Below, in pieces: positions 17,355-22,196 of a stretch of DNA of 22,196 nucleotides; the first letter of the stretch is position 1, and every line of letters starts with the position of its first letter. The notes under the pieces were generated by a model. It was not told the DNA's origin. It ran no database searches and saw nothing but the letters and a program-made list of their open reading frames with translations. A program made the position numbers and the translations under genes. Source of the DNA: a virus. The stretch covers positions 85,141-107,336 of the IMG/VR virus record IMGVR_UViG_3300016474_000800; one strand, 5' to 3'.

Positions 17355-18176
17355 ATGTCAGACCTCGCCACAGTTGTATATACAAATAAAAACAACCTTC
17401 CAATTGTCAAATTATTTTTACAACAGTTTATGAAACATACTTCTACACGCTTTCATGAACAAAGTAAATTGTATGTAGTTCTGAACGAAATTCCTGACAA
17501 TGTTGTTGATCTAGGCAGTACTGTAGAAATTATTAACGCAAATGTTCCGTTTGAGGGAAACGGTGGTCACTTTAGTAAAACGGTTGAGTACGCGTTACAT
17601 CATATCACCGAACCATATATTTTTTGGTTTTGTGATGATTACCTCTTGACAGATGATATCGACGAACAACGGTTGGACTTATTACTGACCATACTGAAAC
17701 GTGAACCGATTGATATGTTTACGTTTGCATCAATTGTTCAACACAGTGGGTATAAATCAACCACGTTCAATGAATTTGATGGGGAAACTTTTTACCACGT
17801 TGATGATGACTACCTACACAAGTTTAGTGTACAACCGTGTATATGGAAACGCACGTCATTATTAGACGTTGTTCAAAATAATACCATTACATTACATGAC
17901 TTGGACTGTAGTAGAATAATGAACAAAGAAAAATATAATGTAGTGTGTACACCGTATAGAATTTATGATGTGTGTCCCACTTGCCCGCAAAAATTCATCA
18001 TACAGTACATTGAAATAATACGTCACGGAGTTTTTCAATTAGAAGAAAACGGGCAAGCATATTTACCCCCATATCAAGAATTTCTCACAAATTTCATTTT
18101 GGATAATGAACTACACATAAATGAATCGTATAGAAAATATTTTGGTTTTGATCCTACAACTTTGACGAGGCGTTAA
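17355..18176 (+). CDS. Putative GT-A fold glycosyltransferase
   Basis: EPYIFWFCDDYLL acidic motif after a beta strand; FSVQPCIWKR. Confidence 0.5.
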   Translation: MSDLATVVYTNKNNLPIVKLFLQQFMKHTSTRFHEQSKLYVVLNEIPDNVVDLGSTVEIINANVPFEGNGGHFSKTVEYALHHITEPYIFWFCDDYLLTDDIDEQRLDLLLTILKREPIDMFTFASIVQHSGYKSTTFNEFDGETFYHVDDDYLHKFSVQPCIWKRTSLLDVVQNNTITLHDLDCSRIMNKEKYNVVCTPYRIYDVCPTCPQKFIIQYIEIIRHGVFQLEENGQAYLPPYQEFLTNFILDNELHINESYRKYFGFDPTTLTRR

Positions 18177-18709
18177 TGCTTAATGAATTGTTTCTTTCGT
18201 TTACATTACTTCTTCAACCACCCACCATCGTAAGTCAACCAATTTACAAAAACGCGATGTTTCGTGATACTACAATAAATTACATTATACTACACGCAGA
18301 CCAAGGTGGTAACGAGTCGTCTGTGTTTTCTTTTTTACGGAAACGAAAAGACTCATATCACTATTATATCACACGGTCTGGTAAAATTTATAAATGGTTA
18401 GATCCCAAATATAAGGCAAATCATGCCGGGGTGTCCATGTGGAATGGTACCTTTCGTATGAACGATAAAAGTATTGGAATATGCTTACAGAATAAAATAC
18501 CACAACAATATACATCAGAACAATATAAGTCGTTGGTGTGGTTAATTTTACAATTATACGACCGATTCCCGGATTCCCGTGATCTTCCGGTATTAGGGCA
18601 CAGTGACGTTGCCATTCCACGCGGTCGAAAAAGTGATCCCGGAAAACACTTTAACTGGAAGTTATTATATATTAATTTAACTGGAGACTTGACAAATGGA
18701 AGACAATGA
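18176..18709 (+). CDS. N-acetylmuramoyl-L-alanine amidase (Amidase_2 family) with hydrophobic N-terminus
   Basis: IILHAD, SYHYYI, ANHAG, SIGICL, GHSDVA, RKSDPG. Confidence 0.9.
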   Translation: MLNELFLSFTLLLQPPTIVSQPIYKNAMFRDTTINYIILHADQGGNESSVFSFLRKRKDSYHYYITRSGKIYKWLDPKYKANHAGVSMWNGTFRMNDKSIGICLQNKIPQQYTSEQYKSLVWLILQLYDRFPDSRDLPVLGHSDVAIPRGRKSDPGKHFNWKLLYINLTGDLTNGRQ

Positions 18710-18717
18710 GGTAGATT
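18689..18717 (+). promoter_or_regulatory. Possible sigma70-type promoter
   Basis: TTGACA-N17-TAGATT, matching the TAnATT -10 seen at three other sites. Confidence 0.5.
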
Positions 18718-18848
18718 ACGAGAGTTGTATAATATGTGGTGTTATAACAGATATTCCCGTCACTCTTAATATTGATTATCGCTTACATTATATTGAGGGA
18801 GCTGGACAACTATGTCAAACTTGTTTTCACAAACTAACTCATGACTAA
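18696..18848 (+). CDS. 50-aa putative zinc-ribbon protein (not in ORF track)
   Basis: MEDNEVDYESCIICGVITDIPVTLNIDYRLHYIEGAGQLCQTCFHKLTHD; two CxxC motifs; GGAG upstream. Confidence 0.75.
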   Translation: MEDNEVDYESCIICGVITDIPVTLNIDYRLHYIEGAGQLCQTCFHKLTHD

Positions 18849-18850
18849 TT

Positions 18851-18967
18851 ATGACAATCGAAATACTCATTGGTGCTGCTATTGCAATGTTCGTTGTTGA
18901 TGTACTGGTGTTTTTTCCAAGTTGGAAGGCGTTTATCAATTACTTTAGAAACAGGAAGAGTACATGA
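18851..18967 (+). CDS. 38-aa single-pass membrane peptide (not in ORF track)
   Basis: MTIEILIGAAIAMFVVDVLVFFPSWKAFINYFRNRKST; starts 2 nt after the previous stop; ATGA overlap with the ATPase gene. Confidence 0.65.
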   Translation: MTIEILIGAAIAMFVVDVLVFFPSWKAFINYFRNRKST

Positions 18968-20076
18968 CTTATTTTATCCGGCGTGGTGACGCGTTTTCGC
19001 TAACAAACAGTAAAAACCTTAATATCCACGAAACACTTCCACCTGCCACGTACACTATTAAAGTATCTGATGATGGTGAACTATATCTTAAGTTAACCGA
19101 TTCATTCTCTATTACTACAAAACTGTATGGAGATATCGAAAAGCGAACAGATCGTATCCTAAATACGTTTTCCTCACGTAACGCATCCACTGGCGTTATG
19201 TTAACCGGAGAAAAGGGATCTGGTAAGAGTTTGCTAGCGAAACTATTGTCAGTTCGCGCACAGGAGGTTGGCATACCGACTATTTTAGTCAACGCCCCTC
19301 ACACCGGTGATAGATTCAATTTATTTTTACAATCAATTTCACAACCAACGATTGTGTTATTTGATGAGTTTGAAAAGGTATATGATACCTATGAAACTCA
19401 ACACCAGTTATTGACGTTGTTTGACGGTGTTTTCAATAGTAAAAAACTATTTGTACTGACTTGTAACAACAAGTATGCGGTAGATTCTCATCTGAAAAAT
19501 CGCCCGGGTAGAATTTTTTATTCTATGGAGTACAATGGTCTTAGTGCAGAGTTTATTGTTGAATACTGTGGAGACAATCTCAATAATACGAGTTATATAC
19601 AAAAAATTGTAAATATTTCTTCGATGTTTCACCCGTTCAACTTTGATATGTTGAAGGCGTTGGTCGAGGAAATGAATAGATATGATGAGACGCCAGAACA
19701 GGCGCTTGAGTTTCTAAACATTAGACCTCAACTTGACGAAGCACATGAGTATTCTGTTGAACTAACCATACCAAACATTACGGTTACACCACGTAATCCC
19801 AAGTGGAGTGGCAATCCGTTCAAGAACTCAATTAGAATTGAGTATCAAACACCAGCCGACAACAACTCCAACAAACAACTAACTCCAGTGATCACATCCC
19901 CCGTTGTATGGGACAAGAACGACCTAGAGTCGTCCCAGACGATGATTACATTTGAGGCAAGTGAGTTGATGGGTACTTCCAATGGAGCTATAACTTTTCG
20001 GAAAGCAAATGGGGCAACATTGAGATTAACACCCCTTCAAAAACCAGAGTTTAATTATTCACAGTTGGCATTCTAA
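18964..20076 (+). CDS. AAA+ ATPase
   Basis: Walker A GEKGSGKS, Walker B VLFDEFEK, sensor LTCN, NRPGRI. Confidence 0.9.
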   Translation: MTYFIRRGDAFSLTNSKNLNIHETLPPATYTIKVSDDGELYLKLTDSFSITTKLYGDIEKRTDRILNTFSSRNASTGVMLTGEKGSGKSLLAKLLSVRAQEVGIPTILVNAPHTGDRFNLFLQSISQPTIVLFDEFEKVYDTYETQHQLLTLFDGVFNSKKLFVLTCNNKYAVDSHLKNRPGRIFYSMEYNGLSAEFIVEYCGDNLNNTSYIQKIVNISSMFHPFNFDMLKALVEEMNRYDETPEQALEFLNIRPQLDEAHEYSVELTIPNITVTPRNPKWSGNPFKNSIRIEYQTPADNNSNKQLTPVITSPVVWDKNDLESSQTMITFEASELMGTSNGAITFRKANGATLRLTPLQKPEFNYSQLAF

Positions 20077-20094
20077 CATTAAGAAGATCATTAA

Positions 20095-20292
20095 ATGCGT
20101 AAGATGAAATATATTCTAGTAATTGCGGCACTTGGGTTGACCGCATGTTCTACAAGGGAAGTGCAAGTTGTACATCTGAAAGCAGACACTACGTATGTGA
20201 TATCATCTACTGATGGATATGTGTGTAGTGGTCTACGTAATCCTGCTCCAATTAAGGGAACAAAAGTACGATGCGCATGGACTGCACGATGA
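20095..20292 (+). CDS. Small lipoprotein (alternative start 20104)
   Basis: MKYILVIAALGLTAC signal peptide with LTAC lipobox; two further Cys residues. Confidence 0.75.
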   Translation: MRKMKYILVIAALGLTACSTREVQVVHLKADTTYVISSTDGYVCSGLRNPAPIKGTKVRCAWTAR

Positions 20293-21386
20293 AGATCATT
20301 AAATCTAGTGATTGGCTTATTTCTGAAAATAAGAATGGTGGTGAGAAGTTTTGGCAACTCCACATTCTTCGCGATGGAAATGACTACTATACCCAAACTT
20401 CATGGTATCAAATTTCCAAGACAGGTCGTGAGACAAAGATGCAACACTCCGAACCTTATTATGCAACACCCACTAATGTCGGCCGTGCTAACGAACGTAA
20501 TTCCAAGGCACAAGCAGAATTTGAGTTTGATGCCATTCTGAAAAAGCAAAGAGATAAGGGGTTTCGTGCTAAGGGTGAACGAAAGAACGTTCGTCCTATG
20601 CCGATGTTGGCACACAAGTTCCAAGATCACAAGGGTAAGTTAAACTTTCCTGTGCACGTTCAACCAAAGTTGAATGGCATGCGTATGTTGTTTGATGGTA
20701 ATGTTGGATGGAGCCGTGGGAATAAGGAAGTGATTCCCGAAGTCATTCAACACTTGCAGTTTGACACGGGTGGATATATCCTTGACGGTGAGTTGATGCT
20801 TCCCAACAACGTACTATTGCAGGAGTCTATGAAGGCGATTAAGAAGTATCGTCCAGAATTGTCACCAGACCTTCTGTACCATGTGTATGATATTGTAGAT
20901 AATACTCGCACCTTTGAAGAAAGAACGGACCTTATCAAAACGCTATCCGCATTTTTCCCAAAGAATGTGGTGGTGGTTCCTACCTACATCTGTCATAACG
21001 AAACTGATGTAATGAAGTACCACAAGCAGTTCACAGAGGCCGGATACGAGGGTACGATGATTCGTGACCCTCAGATGGGATATGAAATCGGTAAGCGTTC
21101 CTATTCACTTTTGAAACTCAAGGATTTCGTGGACGAGGAGTTCAAAATTACAGGATTTGAACAGGGAAATGGTTCTTTTGCAGAATCCATTATATTTATA
21201 TGTGAGTCCAATGGAAAGACCGTCAATGTGGTTCCGGAAGGAACGATGCAACACAAACAGTCACTTTGGAAAAAGAGAAATACGTTGCTAGGTAAATGGC
21301 TCACTGTTAGATACTTTGAAAAGAGTAAGGACGGTATTCCGATTTTTCCTGTCGGGGTGGATGTCCGTGACTCTGGAGATTTTTGA
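20289..21386 (+). CDS. ATP-dependent DNA ligase
   Basis: PMLAHK, motif I QPKLNGMR, ILDGEL, YHVYD, YEGTMIR, RSYSLLKLK, C-terminal OB fold ...GIPIFP; ATGA overlap at 20289. Confidence 0.92.
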   Translation: MKIIKSSDWLISENKNGGEKFWQLHILRDGNDYYTQTSWYQISKTGRETKMQHSEPYYATPTNVGRANERNSKAQAEFEFDAILKKQRDKGFRAKGERKNVRPMPMLAHKFQDHKGKLNFPVHVQPKLNGMRMLFDGNVGWSRGNKEVIPEVIQHLQFDTGGYILDGELMLPNNVLLQESMKAIKKYRPELSPDLLYHVYDIVDNTRTFEERTDLIKTLSAFFPKNVVVVPTYICHNETDVMKYHKQFTEAGYEGTMIRDPQMGYEIGKRSYSLLKLKDFVDEEFKITGFEQGNGSFAESIIFICESNGKTVNVVPEGTMQHKQSLWKKRNTLLGKWLTVRYFEKSKDGIPIFPVGVDVRDSGDF

Positions 21387-22105
21387 TGTGGAAACGAATT
21401 TGTCCAAGTTGTAACAAAGAGATTGAATACAAAAAGCGGGATTCTTATAACAAAGCTGTACGATTGAACCGAATATGCTCCAGTTGCGCCAATAAGAAAA
21501 ATCGTAAAGACTATGCTCAGACATACGCTACAAGAGCAATCGTAAAAAAGAAATTAAAAAAAGCAAAATTAGATTTCCCTGCAGGAAAGAAAATTGGTGG
21601 GAGAGTTGTTATATCCGATGAAATAAAAACTGGAATTGATGTCGGCAGAACAAAAAAACATGAGTGGTATGTTGAAGTTAGATGTGAATGTGGAAAGCAA
21701 GAGTGGGTTAGAATACACGCTCTCAGACAAGGTAAGGCAAATCTATGTAAGAAATGTCAATTTAAAGGAGAACGAAGCTCCACATTTGTTGGATATAAAG
21801 ATATGCCGGGACGAGTTATGAGTCGTATCAAAGGGTCAGCCTCTGCTAGAAAGCATACAAAAAACACTATTGATTTTGACGCACAATTCATATATGAACT
21901 TTTTTACAAACAAAACGAAAAATGCAACATATCTGGAATTAAACTTGATTGGGATACTGCATCTTTAGATAGAATAGACTCATCATTAGGATATACGAGA
22001 GATAATGTTCAATGGGTTCATTCTGCCGTGAATAAGATGAAGTTGAATATGACCGACAATGAACTTATAAAGTGGTGCAAACTAATAACAGAAAATAATT
22101 CGTAG
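21386..22105 (+). CDS. Free-standing HNH/His-Me finger-type putative homing endonuclease
   Basis: CPSC/CSSC and RCECG Zn motifs; C-terminal CNISG...ASLDRIDSSLGYTRDNVQWVHSAVNKMK; TGATG overlap with the ligase. Confidence 0.78.
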   Translation: MWKRICPSCNKEIEYKKRDSYNKAVRLNRICSSCANKKNRKDYAQTYATRAIVKKKLKKAKLDFPAGKKIGGRVVISDEIKTGIDVGRTKKHEWYVEVRCECGKQEWVRIHALRQGKANLCKKCQFKGERSSTFVGYKDMPGRVMSRIKGSASARKHTKNTIDFDAQFIYELFYKQNEKCNISGIKLDWDTASLDRIDSSLGYTRDNVQWVHSAVNKMKLNMTDNELIKWCKLITENNS

Positions 22106-22120
22106 CTGGGGAGAGTTTTA

Positions 22121-22196
22121 ATGAAAACCGTTGAATGGTTGTTTCAAATAAAAGAAACTGAGGATTTGTTTGAAACGTGCCAAGAAATTGAGGATG
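22121..22196 (+). CDS. Start of a 3'-truncated hypothetical protein
   Basis: GGAGAG then ATG 22121; MKTVEWLFQIKETEDLFETCQEIED runs open to the window end. Confidence 0.55.
   Translation, partial: MKTVEWLFQIKETEDLFETCQEIED

Noticed and set aside
1-22196. Stop-codon reassignment (alternative genetic code)
   Set aside because: TAA, TGA and TAG all end genes at sensible overlapping junctions, and conserved genes are full length under code 11.

Overview
A gene-dense, entirely plus-strand segment of a large tailed dsDNA phage (T4-like/jumbo-type gene content, standard genetic code). It begins inside a baseplate-hub-like gene carrying an M15 peptidase domain. It then runs through a replication and nucleotide-metabolism module: a reduced PolA-like protein, gp32-like SSB, RecA/UvsX, 5'-3' exonuclease, DnaB/gp41 helicase, class II RNR NrdJ, two thioredoxins, dUTPase, family B polymerase and ATP-dependent ligase. 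A glycosyltransferase-like gene, an amidase, an AAA+ ATPase and three free-standing endonucleases are also present. Two signals stand out. (1) A fractured UDP-glucose dehydrogenase gene carries a naturally split intein at the catalytic Cys, with a free-standing endonuclease gene between the halves. (2) A candidate programmed -1 ribosomal frameshift lies at the end of the small ORF 8550-8756: slippery heptamer C CCT TTC, a 6-nt spacer, an ~89-nt hairpin, and a -1 frame open for 68 codons to the next gene. Other observations are sigma70-type promoters embedded in hairpins, a TAAACAC repeat array in the SSB leader, and a direct repeat flanking a lipoprotein gene. All calls come from motif reading; no database searches were run.
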